This document shows, one piece after another, positions 1 to 8,933 of a stretch of DNA of 64,000 nt. A program made the translations under genes and the position numbers. Positions within the stretch are counted from its first letter, which is position 1. The number at the start of each line of letters is the position of its first letter. Location of the stretch: IMG/VR virus record IMGVR_UViG_2684623127_000006. One strand, written 5' to 3'. This DNA comes from a virus. Its lineage: Duplodnaviria; Heunggongvirae; Uroviricota; Caudoviricetes. The notes below the pieces were generated by a model. The model worked only from the letters and a program-made list of their open reading frames with translations. It had not been told where the DNA came from and ran no database searches.

Positions 1-450
1 GTTAAAAAGCCGGAACCGGAATCAAATCACAGGATGACCATCTGCCAGTGGCTGGTCGTAAAAAAAAGCCGCGCCATGCGCAGCCGGAAATAAAGGGATA
101 ACGATGATAGTTTGAGAAAAACAGAAACAACACTTTTGTGGCAAAGCATGGTGCCGGGTGCCTCCCGGTGAATTCAGTATCAGCACCTGAATCCGCGATT
201 ATCCCATATACCTGGTTGCTGATCGCCCCTCCGCACAGGGGGATTCACCATGCAGAAGTGTTTTTAATAAACAGCAAACAAAAAAATCAAGCATTATGCA
301 GGCTGTTTCTTTTTATCACCGGCCACAGCAATACCACAATGCCGCAGACCAGCACCCCATCCGCCAGCACCGACATGATTCTGCTGGTGAAATCCACCAT
401 CACCACCAGAAACAGCAGGAGTGCAGCCACAGCCAGGCGCAGTTTTACCG

Positions 451-882
451 TCACAGGTGATTCTCCAGACGAAGACCCAGAACACCGGCAATCTCTTCCA
501 GCACCTTGCGCTCTTCCGGCTCAATTTCGCCGTCTGCCTCCGCAATGGCCACCGCCACATCCAGCACATCTTCCGCTTCACGCGTATCGTGTTTCACATC
601 CTCAATCTCACGTAACGCCGCACGACGACCAGTTTTAAAGTTCGTATCCAGCTGACCGATAATGGTTGCGCTAATCGCATTAATTTCTGACGTAAACGCG
701 GACAGCGCAGGCTGATTACGCAGTACCTGTTCGATCTTCGCTTTCTCGGATGCCTCACATTCACCATCTGCACAGGCCACCAGGTATGCGGCGTTAATCA
801 CCACCTGTGCCAGATCGCGTTTTTCAAACTTTTTAATTTCCGTTGCCGCTCTGCGGGTTTTCTTTTTGAAGATTCCAAACAT
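451..882 (-). CDS. TerB-like (tellurite-resistance TerB family) protein
   Basis: 144-aa ORF starting MFGIFKKK; C-terminal ADGEIEPEERKVLEEIAGVLGL resembles TerB family; lies downstream of phage tRNAs where stx sits in Stx phages. Confidence 0.55.
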   Translation of the reverse strand: MFGIFKKKTRRAATEIKKFEKRDLAQVVINAAYLVACADGECEASEKAKIEQVLRNQPALSAFTSEINAISATIIGQLDTNFKTGRRAALREIEDVKHDTREAEDVLDVAVAIAEADGEIEPEERKVLEEIAGVLGLRLENHL

Positions 883-1051
883 CGTGACGTTCCTTTGGGT
901 GGGTGAGCCAACGCCCGGGAGCGATCTGCCCACAGAGAAAGTCACACTGACCACTCCGTAAGCTCACCCCCGAAAGGCTCTGTGGTTGGTATGCGCCGGG
1001 CGTGGCGCAGATACAAAAAAGGCCCGCCGAAGCGAGCCTGGAAAATAAGTG

Positions 1052-1128
1052 TGGCGCGTTGTAGTGGAGTCGAACCACTGACCGATTGCTTAGAAGGCAA
1101 TTGCTCTGTCCGGCTGAGCTAACAACGC
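1052..1128 (-). tRNA. tRNA-Arg (anticodon UCU), phage-encoded argO-like
   Basis: 77-nt cloverleaf by manual folding: acceptor GCGTTGT/ACAACGC, anticodon loop CTTCTAA, T-loop TTCGACT, 3-prime CCA encoded. Confidence 0.75.
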
Positions 1129-1141
1129 AGAATACCGATAA

Positions 1142-1221
1142 TGGACCGCCATCGGGGACCCGGCCCCGCACCAACAACCCTGTTATGGTGTCGTCTGCTC
1201 TTCCTGATAAGCTAATGGCGG
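1142..1221 (-). tRNA. degenerate tRNA-like element (probable tRNA pseudogene replacing the Arg-UCG tRNA of prophage 2)
   Basis: Acceptor-stem ends CCGCCAT/ATGGCGG and CCA conserved with 49064-49140, but internal arms diverged; 6-nt T-loop without TTCGA consensus, no clean anticodon arm. Confidence 0.3.
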
Positions 1222-1228
1222 TTTGTGA

Positions 1229-1304
1229 TGGTGGCCCTTGCTGGATTTGAACCAGCGACCTGGCGATTATGAGTCGCTCGCTCTCACCACTGAGCTAAAG
1301 GGCC
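1229..1304 (-). tRNA. tRNA with CAU anticodon, probably tRNA-Ile2 (ileZ-like) rather than Met
   Basis: 76-nt cloverleaf: acceptor GGCCCTT/AAGGGCC, anticodon loop CTCATAA, T-loop TTCAAAT, CCA encoded; C4/C5 in acceptor stem as in Ile2. Confidence 0.75.
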
Positions 1305-1332
1305 GAGCCAAAAAATAATAATCAGATGAAAA

Positions 1333-2046
1333 TCAATAATCAAGCCCTTGCCTGGATACATATCTGTCTGGCGGGAAGCCATAATAGCGGTGAAATACAG
1401 AAATAAAGTAGGACCGGCTTGAATAACCACATTTTTCTGCTACAGCCTGTCCATATCCATACCGGGAACATAACATATTTACAGCAACACGCATCCGCTC
1501 TTCCAGCAACAAGCGACTGAACATGCCCCCTTCATTTTTCAGTTTTGTCTTTAACAAACTCTCACTCATATGCAACTGTAGAGCAATCGCACCAAGCGTC
1601 CAGCTTGCTGATATATCTGTCTGAATTATCGCCCTGACTTTGGCACTTATGCTGGATAAACATCCACTTAAAAACAATGACATCCGTTCATCTGTTTCAA
1701 ACAGAGACAGGCAGGCCATCATAAGAAACATATCCGTGACCTCTCCGGAAAATCCCTGGCTGGTAATTAAAGCCGCAGCCAACGCAGGATTGTTGGGTTC
1801 CAGCAACAGGTAAAGCGGAATGTCAGTCAGACGAGTCCTCGTCAGCTTATGCTGACTTTCCAGATATTGACTTACGACGGATTCGCTTATATCGACAATT
1901 TTAACTTTGCCATAATGCATAAGGAAAAGCTCCCTGATGCATTTGGTGGCCAGAACGACTGAGCCTGGCTTAAGTGACAACGTATCCTTTTCAAGAAAAA
2001 TATTAATTGGGGAGCAAACCATGATAACTGAACAGACAACAGCCAT
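1333..2046 (-). CDS. AraC-family transcriptional regulator (prophage moron)
   Basis: 237-aa ORF; C-terminal AraC-type HTH (…AVAEKCGYSSRSYFISVFHRYYGFPP); inserted between Q-like gene and tRNAs, absent from prophage 2. Confidence 0.7.
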   Translation of the reverse strand: MAVVCSVIMVCSPINIFLEKDTLSLKPGSVVLATKCIRELFLMHYGKVKIVDISESVVSQYLESQHKLTRTRLTDIPLYLLLEPNNPALAAALITSQGFSGEVTDMFLMMACLSLFETDERMSLFLSGCLSSISAKVRAIIQTDISASWTLGAIALQLHMSESLLKTKLKNEGGMFSRLLLEERMRVAVNMLCSRYGYGQAVAEKCGYSSRSYFISVFHRYYGFPPDRYVSRQGLDY

Positions 2047-2181
2047 TATAATTTTACTTTCATTAGCAATTGGTTAGCTCAATTATAGCCCCAAAAGGTA
2101 AATTATCATCAACACATAAGCAAAGGACTGACAGGTGCCGCCCCCCCCACCAGCCGCCCATTTACCACAAATAAAAAGCCT

Positions 2182-2379
2182 TCAGGACTGAATGCGTCTG
2201 TAACAACCGCACTGATAGTCTGCCAGACCCGCCATAACCAGCTGGGTCAGTATTAACTGGCAGCGTTCGCGTGAAAGGTAAGTATTCTGCGCAATCTCCC
2301 CGACTGTCGCCGGTTCGGTAACGCTTAATTCATTAAACACCACTCTGGCGGTTTCTGTCATATCCTGCTGTTTTAGCAT
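2182..2379 (-). CDS. small putative DNA-binding protein
   Basis: 65-aa ORF from MLKQQDM with AAGGGAAAAAG RBS-like sequence upstream; longer listed ORF start abuts terminator hairpin. Confidence 0.3.
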   Translation of the reverse strand: MLKQQDMTETARVVFNELSVTEPATVGEIAQNTYLSRERCQLILTQLVMAGLADYQCGCYRRIQS

Positions 2380-2500
2380 GTCTTTTTCCCTTTTCCGGTT
2401 AACGTGACATACCAATAACTCTTGTCGAAAAAGCCAGCAAGTTGAAAGACCGGTATTAGCAACCACCAGCGCGTTTAACGCCCCGTGCCGTTTTTCAGTC

Positions 2501-2526
2501 ATAAAAAAACCCGCAAAAAGCGGGCT
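2501..2526 (-). terminator. rho-independent terminator downstream of Q-like gene (tR-prime-like)
   Basis: Minus-strand hairpin CCCGC-TTTTT-GCGGG followed by U7 tract. Confidence 0.5.
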
Positions 2527-2603
2527 CTTTCAAATGTCCATGTCTGCTATTCGCCTCGCGGTACAGCTTTGCGAAGCTTACCGGAATTGAAGCAGTTTTT
2601 ACG

Positions 2604-3170
2604 TCAAAAAGCAATAACTTTTTTCTCTATACCAAAAGCCATAACCATTGGTTTGTACAAAATAAATTCTGCCACCTTTAGCCAATGCTCAATGCGTCTT
2701 TCACAGGTTCTTAAACTCCATTCCGGATGTGCATCATTCAGCAATTCAGCCATTTTGCGCTTAGTCATCCCCCGCCCCACATAACGCTGACTCAGAACAT
2801 TGAGCAGCCCGGGATAACCTGCCAGTACTTCACCAATAACCCTATCGATTATTAACGCCTCTGAATCGGTACAATGTGCCAGCCAGCTTTTTTGATTGCC
2901 GTTGATCATATCCCGCAAAAAAGCCTCAAGTTCAGGTTTGTCCAGACCCGCTTTTTTCATCCTCCGGAGCGCCTCGTTAATTGCCGTTTTTGTCAGCTTT
3001 TTAGAGGTCAGTAATTGGTTGAACATATTTCCCGTCTTACCGTCGCCAATATACGACCAACGCCCCCACATACGCAGTTTCCCCTGGATCCAGACACTTT
3101 CCAGCGTTTTCAGGCGTAAATGCTCACCGCTTTTGCCTGTAATTTCCGGGTATATCATATTTATGCTCAC
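2604..3170 (-). CDS. putative late-gene antiterminator Q-like protein
   Basis: 188 aa; position between rusA and tR-prime/tRNAs; WGRW motif region resembles Q family (QuuD-like ERWGAW); assignment by synteny and weak similarity. Confidence 0.5.
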   Translation of the reverse strand: MSINMIYPEITGKSGEHLRLKTLESVWIQGKLRMWGRWSYIGDGKTGNMFNQLLTSKKLTKTAINEALRRMKKAGLDKPELEAFLRDMINGNQKSWLAHCTDSEALIIDRVIGEVLAGYPGLLNVLSQRYVGRGMTKRKMAELLNDAHPEWSLRTCERRIEHWLKVAEFILYKPMVMAFGIEKKVIAF

Positions 3171-3220
3171 TCACTTTCAATTTTGTAAATCTTCACGCCC
3201 AGCCGCCCACCAGAAACGAG

Positions 3221-3526
3221 CTAGCCGCGCACAATATTGATTTCATCAAACTGCTCGTCGTCTATGAGAAGTCCGGCATGCGTCAGCGCATCCAGTGGTG
3301 CTTTCAGGATATTGTCCAGGTCACGACGGCGCTTATCCGGTGGCTCTGCAATAATCTTTATCGCCAGCCTTCCGGACAGGTTTAATTTCAGCCGCTGCTG
3401 GCGAACAATAAGTGCCACATCCCGGCGATAACGCTCACCGGCTTTTGATACAAAATATGTGCTGCCACGACGTCGCCAGTAGGTGTTCACCGTCGGCGGG
3501 TAAGGCAAAACAAACTCTATACGCAT
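3221..3526 (-). CDS. rusA: RusA Holliday-junction resolvase, C-terminally shortened (TAG where prophage 2 copy has CAG)
   Basis: MRIEFVLPYPPTVNTYWRRRG… RusA family; 101 aa versus 119 aa in 50120-50479 copy. Confidence 0.8.
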   Translation of the reverse strand: MRIEFVLPYPPTVNTYWRRRGSTYFVSKAGERYRRDVALIVRQQRLKLNLSGRLAIKIIAEPPDKRRRDLDNILKAPLDALTHAGLLIDDEQFDEINIVRG

Positions 3527-3538
3527 CAGTAACCTCTT

Positions 3539-4588
3539 TTACCCGAGCACGCCGGTTGCAAAGGCGTGATCAAGAAAACGAAAAATTAAATCAACCTGGG
3601 AACCATGCTTTTCTTCGAACGCCAGCGGATCCGCATGAAGCTCGTTGTGATGCTCCCGACACAGCGGTAGCGTGAAAATATCGTGGGATTTTGTTCCCAT
3701 TCCGCCCTGACCATGACCAATCAGATGATGAGGATCGTCCGCTGGCTTACCACAACACGCACACGGCTGTGTCTTTACCCAGCGTGTGTATTTCTCATTT
3801 ACCCAGCGGCGACGTTTAGGTCGTTTCATGAAGGATTCCGGAGACTCCGGATCAACGGCAATGCTGACCACCGTCTTTTCCTGTGGTGGGTTCTGTTGCT
3901 GGTGGGTGTGAGGCGGTAGCGCAATATTTTTTGTGCGCTGCTTCAGTATGCTGGTGGCGGTCTGTTCTCCCGGTATGATGTCGCTTTCACGGTATACGGA
4001 GCGGATTTTTTCCGCCGGTAATCCCAGAGAGCGACGCGATACTGCCTCAGGTAATGCGTCCACCACCTGATTGCAGACTGCCCACCAGGATAATTCAGCC
4101 AGCGATAATTCCCGCTCCTGCGTGCCATTCATTACATGGCGTATGACGTCAATCATCCAGGCTGTCAGATTTTGTTGAGTAAGTTGCTCAAGTGATTCGG
4201 AGGTCTGGTCGCGCAGCTGGTTGTCGCAGTGCCAGCACAACACCATTGCGCCAGCACCGTAACTGTGAATAACGGTTTCGCTGTGATGATAATCGCCGTG
4301 TGGCCACTGGCAGGATTTCACGTGACGTAATAACCAGTCAGACAGTGCACCAGCGCCGCCAGCTGCACGAATCACCCGCTCATCGCTGAAAAATGGCAGC
4401 AGTGATTTATCTTCCGCCAGCGGCTGGCGAACAGCAGGAACCGCTCCAGATGGCAGCGCCCGCATGTTTTTCGGTTCCGGCTCCACCAGCACCCTGCCGC
4501 GATGAAAAACTGGCAATGATTCACGACCGGGCTTAAGGACCACCAGCCCGAGTTCCGGAACCAGAACAGGTCGAAGTAATACCCGCAC
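3539..4588 (-). CDS. DUF968-like prophage protein (nin region)
   Basis: 349 aa from GTG start with GGAGG RBS; Cys/His-rich C-terminus (CACCGKPADDPHHLIGHGQGG…CREHH); near-identical paralog at 50492-51541. Confidence 0.55.
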   Translation of the reverse strand: MRVLLRPVLVPELGLVVLKPGRESLPVFHRGRVLVEPEPKNMRALPSGAVPAVRQPLAEDKSLLPFFSDERVIRAAGGAGALSDWLLRHVKSCQWPHGDYHHSETVIHSYGAGAMVLCWHCDNQLRDQTSESLEQLTQQNLTAWMIDVIRHVMNGTQERELSLAELSWWAVCNQVVDALPEAVSRRSLGLPAEKIRSVYRESDIIPGEQTATSILKQRTKNIALPPHTHQQQNPPQEKTVVSIAVDPESPESFMKRPKRRRWVNEKYTRWVKTQPCACCGKPADDPHHLIGHGQGGMGTKSHDIFTLPLCREHHNELHADPLAFEEKHGSQVDLIFRFLDHAFATGVLG

Positions 4589-4589
4589 A

Positions 4590-4862
4590 TTACCTCCAGA
4601 CGCGCTGACGGTAGCAGGCATGTGTCCGTGGCAGATGTGCACGAACAGGAAGATATACAGAAACGGTCCAGGTCAGACGATCAGCGTTCAGACTCCGCTC
4701 CACACAGACACCGCGACGCAGATACGCCTCTTGAAGCATATCTGCCTCATCGATCGTACAGAACAGATAGTGAAACCAGCCATACTGAGGCGCACGAAAA
4801 CGCCTCCCCTGCTTAATTTCCGGGTCGGCTTCAGAATTGTGGGATTTTATGTGTTGTGTCAT
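4590..4862 (-). CDS. hypothetical phage protein
   Basis: 90-aa ORF; divergent paralog at 51543-51902. Confidence 0.3.
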   Translation of the reverse strand: MTQHIKSHNSEADPEIKQGRRFRAPQYGWFHYLFCTIDEADMLQEAYLRRGVCVERSLNADRLTWTVSVYLPVRAHLPRTHACYRQRVWR

Positions 4863-4983
4863 CGGATTCTCCGGTGACAGCAGGTGTCAGTTGTTCAGGC
4901 TGACTGCGCGAATTGTAAGGCAATACGCCGGAATGTACAAACAGAAAACCCGTCAGTAAGACGGGCTTAACAAGCAGGGGCGG

Positions 4984-5328
4984 TTACTTTAATAATTTCA
5001 GTGCCTTTACATCAACTTCAACACTGCTCAGGTCTTTATCAATTTCACCCTCAATTCTTACTTTGTCTTTCGGAGAAACATTCTGCCCGGCCCATACGCT
5101 GTCATCAATATCCGTGACAATTGTCCCGCTATTGTCACGAAACTCATAACGTTCATCACCCACTTTTTTAACGATGCTCCCTTCAAGGATAACCCATGCA
5201 TCATCCTTCAGTTCTTTTGCCTGCGCTACTGTTGAACGCTCTGCTTCTGGCCCCTGGAAACCACCCTGCTGTGCAAAAGCGCCAAAAGACACACCGGAAA
5301 TAAGTGCTGCAATCAATACCTTTTTCAT
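4984..5328 (-). CDS. BOF (YgiW/YdeI family) periplasmic OB-fold protein
   Basis: 114 aa with signal peptide MKKVLIAALISGVSFGAFA and family-typical length/sequence. Confidence 0.65.
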   Translation of the reverse strand: MKKVLIAALISGVSFGAFAQQGGFQGPEAERSTVAQAKELKDDAWVILEGSIVKKVGDERYEFRDNSGTIVTDIDDSVWAGQNVSPKDKVRIEGEIDKDLSSVEVDVKALKLLK

Positions 5329-5447
5329 TCATAGTCCTCTTTCAGAGATGAACATTCAAACAGCATTTTCAGTATGGTAAAGCGCGGGTGCGTTGAGGAT
5401 GCCTGACACATCAGAGGTGGCGGGAGATTACTCCCCCGCCTGGTCTC

Positions 5448-5603
5448 TTACTTCTCAGATTCGTAGTCTACGAAGACAGCGACCTCCGTCTGACCGGTTC
5501 GGATTCGCACCTCGCAGAGGTCTTTCCTCGTTACCAGTGCCGTCACTATGACGGTTAAACAGATGACGATCAGGGCGATTAACATCGCCTTTTGCTGCTT
5601 CAT
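5448..5603 (-). CDS. hok: Hok/Gef family type I toxin
   Basis: MKQQKAMLIALIVICLTVIVTALVTRKDLCEVRIRTGQTEVAVF… matches Hok (HokD-like); overlapping upstream mok-like frame. Confidence 0.85.
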   Translation of the reverse strand: MKQQKAMLIALIVICLTVIVTALVTRKDLCEVRIRTGQTEVAVFVDYESEK

Positions 5604-5893
5604 AGCCTGCTTCTCCTTGCCTTTCGGCACGTAAGAGGCTAACCTACATGTGTTCAGCATGGATTGAGCCTCAGATTAATGTTAAGCGTCTTGCAGGACG
5701 CGTAATGTTAACTGGGGCTTTTCTCTATCTGCCGTTGGTGTTCATGCCCGAGGCAGATAGCCTCAAGCACCCGCAGCAATTCTACTTAACTATCCTTTTC
5801 CCGCAAACCGTTTTTATCCCCAGCGGCAAATCGAATACACCACCAGCGCCACCGCCATCGCAATTCCTACCGTTGTGAATGCTTCAGGCCAGG

Positions 5894-6451
5894 TCATTGA
5901 TTCACCTCCTGCGGCGGTTCTGGTAGCGACATCCAGTGGGTTGCTTGCCTAAGATCATTACCCGGACTAACTGCTATACCTCCGCGCCGGAACGTGCCTC
6001 CGAGATAGCGTGCGGAATATATTAATGGCCCAGCCTCGCTATCGATATTCATCGAAATAAGCACGTTCTGGCTCTTTTCAGGCATTCGCTCAGTACAGCT
6101 TATCCAGCCATCCAGAGTTATCGGAGATCTGGTTGACGTTTCCGAGATTTCCCGAAAATTGTTGGTTGACGAATTCTTATTTTCCCGAAAGTTTCCGGCC
6201 TGAAGCATGGCGACGCGGCAGGCGTTCCAGCCATCAGCATATGTTTTAGTTACACCGTCGAGATGGCAGGTAAGCAAATCCATTTCATCAGGCACTACCA
6301 TTGCTATCGGCTCTGCTTCCAGTGATGCCAGCGCGATACGAAACACATTAGCCAGCAGGCTGTCTGAAGACTTGTTATCGTGCGCCGAGTCGCTCAGGAA
6401 GCCTGTGATGTATGATTTAATCTCCGCGCGTTCTCTGGTAATAGTGCTCAT
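5894..6451 (-). CDS. DUF551-like phage protein
   Basis: 185-aa ORF; C-terminal motif HWMSLPEPPQE shared with 52610-53254 paralog. Confidence 0.45.
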   Translation of the reverse strand: MSTITRERAEIKSYITGFLSDSAHDNKSSDSLLANVFRIALASLEAEPIAMVVPDEMDLLTCHLDGVTKTYADGWNACRVAMLQAGNFRENKNSSTNNFREISETSTRSPITLDGWISCTERMPEKSQNVLISMNIDSEAGPLIYSARYLGGTFRRGGIAVSPGNDLRQATHWMSLPEPPQEVNQ

Positions 6452-6452
6452 A

Positions 6453-6671
6453 TCAGTTTTCCTTATACGGATTAATTTTATTGTGCAGTGCGCTGAATGA
6501 TTCCCATGTCACATCGGTATATAGCTCAATAACTGGTTCAAATGTCCTTCCAATTATCCAGACCAGTAATAGCGGGGATATCGGTATCATCAACACTATA
6601 AACAGAATGAAAAACAGAAACTCTGTTGTTCTGCTCTTTCGTGGGTAATTTTTTTCTAAATAATGTTTCAT
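6453..6671 (-). CDS. small membrane protein
   Basis: 72-aa ORF with one hydrophobic helix, adjacent to (2 nt upstream of) DUF551-like gene start. Confidence 0.3.
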   Translation of the reverse strand: MKHYLEKNYPRKSRTTEFLFFILFIVLMIPISPLLLVWIIGRTFEPVIELYTDVTWESFSALHNKINPYKEN

Positions 6672-6798
6672 TTCTTACCGCCCTTTCGGGCGGCCTCCTG
6701 ATGTTCTGAGGGTGCAGGAATCCCTCCGGTTAAGGATTTAATAAAAATCGTTTCTGATTTAAATCTTCAGTATTTAGTTGTTAGTTGGTTTATCGCCT

Positions 6799-7110
6799 TT
6801 ATGCTTCAGCCTTATTTCGCAACCAGACACAAACCGGGCCATCTTCCGTATCATGAATGGAACCAATAAACCAGCCATCGCCCTCTGGTCGTTCCGGTTC
6901 CCATGCAGAAATATCAGCATCACACGCATCAAGGTCAGCACATCCTTCATCTCTGAAGCAGAGGACGTATTGAAGATTATTTTCCTCCATCCAGGCGTTA
7001 AACTCTTCCGTTGAAATATATTCCCGACCATCACAGAATTTTTCATATTCAGGATGTGTCCAGTAGCCATATCCGTCACGAACTACCGGCATTTCTTTAA
7101 TTTCACTCAC
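6799..7110 (-). CDS. hypothetical phage protein
   Basis: 103-aa acidic ORF in nin-like region. Confidence 0.35.
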   Translation of the reverse strand: MSEIKEMPVVRDGYGYWTHPEYEKFCDGREYISTEEFNAWMEENNLQYVLCFRDEGCADLDACDADISAWEPERPEGDGWFIGSIHDTEDGPVCVWLRNKAEA

Positions 7111-7326
7111 TGTTAACCTCCTGCAACGCTACACGATACGCCTTCTTTATCCACGCCTTACTGCCATATAATTTCGTCTTCATAATAAACACACCTGCAC
7201 GACTCGCCGATATCCCCGGACAGGTTAACAGCACAGCATCCACCACACGGTTATGCTTCCGAAACTCCATTACAGTACTGCTGATAACCACCTGCCCCAC
7301 CGGGCCGTAATCCTGATACAGGATTT

Positions 7327-7608
7327 TCACGCAGACACCCTCCTGTCGAAATAAACGTAGTTATTCACTATGCGCAGCGGCATGCCTAATTTTCTGGCAA
7401 TTTCCCTTCTTTGCATGCCTCTCTGATGCAGTTGCCGCGCCAGCTCAATATCACGCTGAGAATATTTTGCCGACGGGTGAAAATCACCACGTAACATCAT
7501 GCTGATGCCCAGCTCCCGTGCCTTCGTTCTCACTGCCGCTTCAGTTCGTCCGATAAGTGCGCCAACGCTTTTTACCTTCATCGTTCCCGCACACTGCCGG
7601 AGTATCAT
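7327..7608 (-). CDS. putative HTH DNA-binding protein
   Basis: ORF with REIARKLGMPLRIVNNYV HTH-like segment; start uncertain. Confidence 0.3.
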   Translation of the reverse strand: MILRQCAGTMKVKSVGALIGRTEAAVRTKARELGISMMLRGDFHPSAKYSQRDIELARQLHQRGMQRREIARKLGMPLRIVNNYVYFDRRVSA

Positions 7609-7640
7609 GATTTCCGCCCGGCACCACGTCTTCCACCCAC

Positions 7641-8375
7641 TCACCGCTGCTGTTCTCTGGTGGCGGTAATATCCCGGAGAATATCCCGGCACTTGTTCAG
7701 CTCCCGCAGCGCGGCGCAGACTCGCTCCCACTTCTGAACCTGACCTTTTGCCCGGCGCAGCTCGCGGTTAGCCACATGCAGCGATGGTAAAATCAGACCA
7801 TCCGGATGCTTTCTGGTGAACGACGGCTGTGACTGCACTGTGACCGCCACACTTTCCGTTTTTATTTCTTCCTGTGTTTCCGCTTCCCCGACTGGTAACG
7901 CAACACCTGCTGGCTGAGGAAAGGCTTTACCATCCGTTTCCGTTATGGATGCGGCTTTCGGCTCTGCCGGTAAATCAGCGCCCGGTATGCAGTACCGAAA
8001 TTTACCGCCCTGATTCACGCGAATCAGACGCCCTTTGCTGATTGCCATGGCCAGTGATGAATTCGCCCGGCGGGAGGTAATCCCGAACATCAGTGCCAGC
8101 TCATCCGCCGTTTGTGGGCCATGATGTTCAATCGCCTCAGTCAGCATTTGCGCTGTCACTTTCGGTACCGGTGACACTGGTTCACTTTCACCAGTCTGAG
8201 TCAGCCACCACATCGACCCCTTGTTATCCGCTTCACCACGGCGCTTCAGTTTCCACAGTTCGTTGACAGCATCTTCGCGGCTGATTCCAAGGCGCGATGC
8301 CACTACCTGTGAAGAGGCTTTTTTCAGTGCTTTCAGTGCGTCAAATACGGTTTCCATTAATATTTCCTCCGACAA
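7641..8375 (-). CDS. winged-helix phage protein (DUF1627-like)
   Basis: 244-aa ORF; paralog at 54976-55644 with shared C-terminal motif [15 protein letters not shown]. Confidence 0.45.
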   Translation of the reverse strand: MSEEILMETVFDALKALKKASSQVVASRLGISREDAVNELWKLKRRGEADNKGSMWWLTQTGESEPVSPVPKVTAQMLTEAIEHHGPQTADELALMFGITSRRANSSLAMAISKGRLIRVNQGGKFRYCIPGADLPAEPKAASITETDGKAFPQPAGVALPVGEAETQEEIKTESVAVTVQSQPSFTRKHPDGLILPSLHVANRELRRAKGQVQKWERVCAALRELNKCRDILRDITATREQQR

Positions 8376-8390
8376 AATCGTTTCTCAGAT

Positions 8391-8933
8391 TCAAATAAAA
8401 CCAGCTGCCTTCCGGCGTTCGTATTCCTGTTTCAGCCGTTCAATTGGCGTTGGCCCTTGCGGGTGTTTCGCCCCTTCCAGTTGTCGTCGCACTGGCGGAA
8501 CACTCATCCCGTTACCAACATGCTTTGCCCATTTCGTCAGTTGCCGTTCCGCAAGTCGTTTTAACTCACCTTGCGTCATCTGGCGCTCAATCCCTCTGGT
8601 ACGCATTTCGAGGCAGATGTGGTACAGCACAGGCTGTGGCCACGGGTATTTATCACTCCCGTCGTATCGCCAGGATTCATTGCGCCAGCGCCGGTACTCT
8701 TCCATCACGGCATCCACCGTAAGACCAAATGGATTTGCCCCACTCTCCGAAATCAGCGCAACAAACTCAGCCAGGTCCGGGGGCCACGTTTCACCCGCCC
8801 GGCAGCGGTCCATGCACTGACGGCACACCAGACGGATTTGCTGTTCAGTCATCGCACCAATCTGGGCAATCCAGAGCTTCGAAGGTGCGGCCCCGTTCTT
8901 CTGAGTCCAGCGGTTCGAATACACCTCCCCCAT
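8391..8933 (-). CDS. replication protein P-like (helicase loader)
   Basis: Pattern similar to lambda P (…FVAL…YPWPQP…TQGELKRLAERQL…PPV); start uncertain, overlaps upstream ORF. Confidence 0.4.
   Translation of the reverse strand: MGEVYSNRWTQKNGAAPSKLWIAQIGAMTEQQIRLVCRQCMDRCRAGETWPPDLAEFVALISESGANPFGLTVDAVMEEYRRWRNESWRYDGSDKYPWPQPVLYHICLEMRTRGIERQMTQGELKRLAERQLTKWAKHVGNGMSVPPVRRQLEGAKHPQGPTPIERLKQEYERRKAAGFI

Noticed and set aside
138-638. 166-aa plus-strand ORF (and its copy at 48056-48556)
   Set aside because: Lies antisense to the better-supported TerB-like gene; Pro/His/Ala-rich low-complexity translation with no start context. Treated as an antisense artefact.
451-1050. Possible stxA/stxB genes between the phage tRNAs and nanS-p
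   Set aside because: No ORF resembling Shiga toxin A or B subunits at either locus; the slot is occupied by the TerB-like gene.
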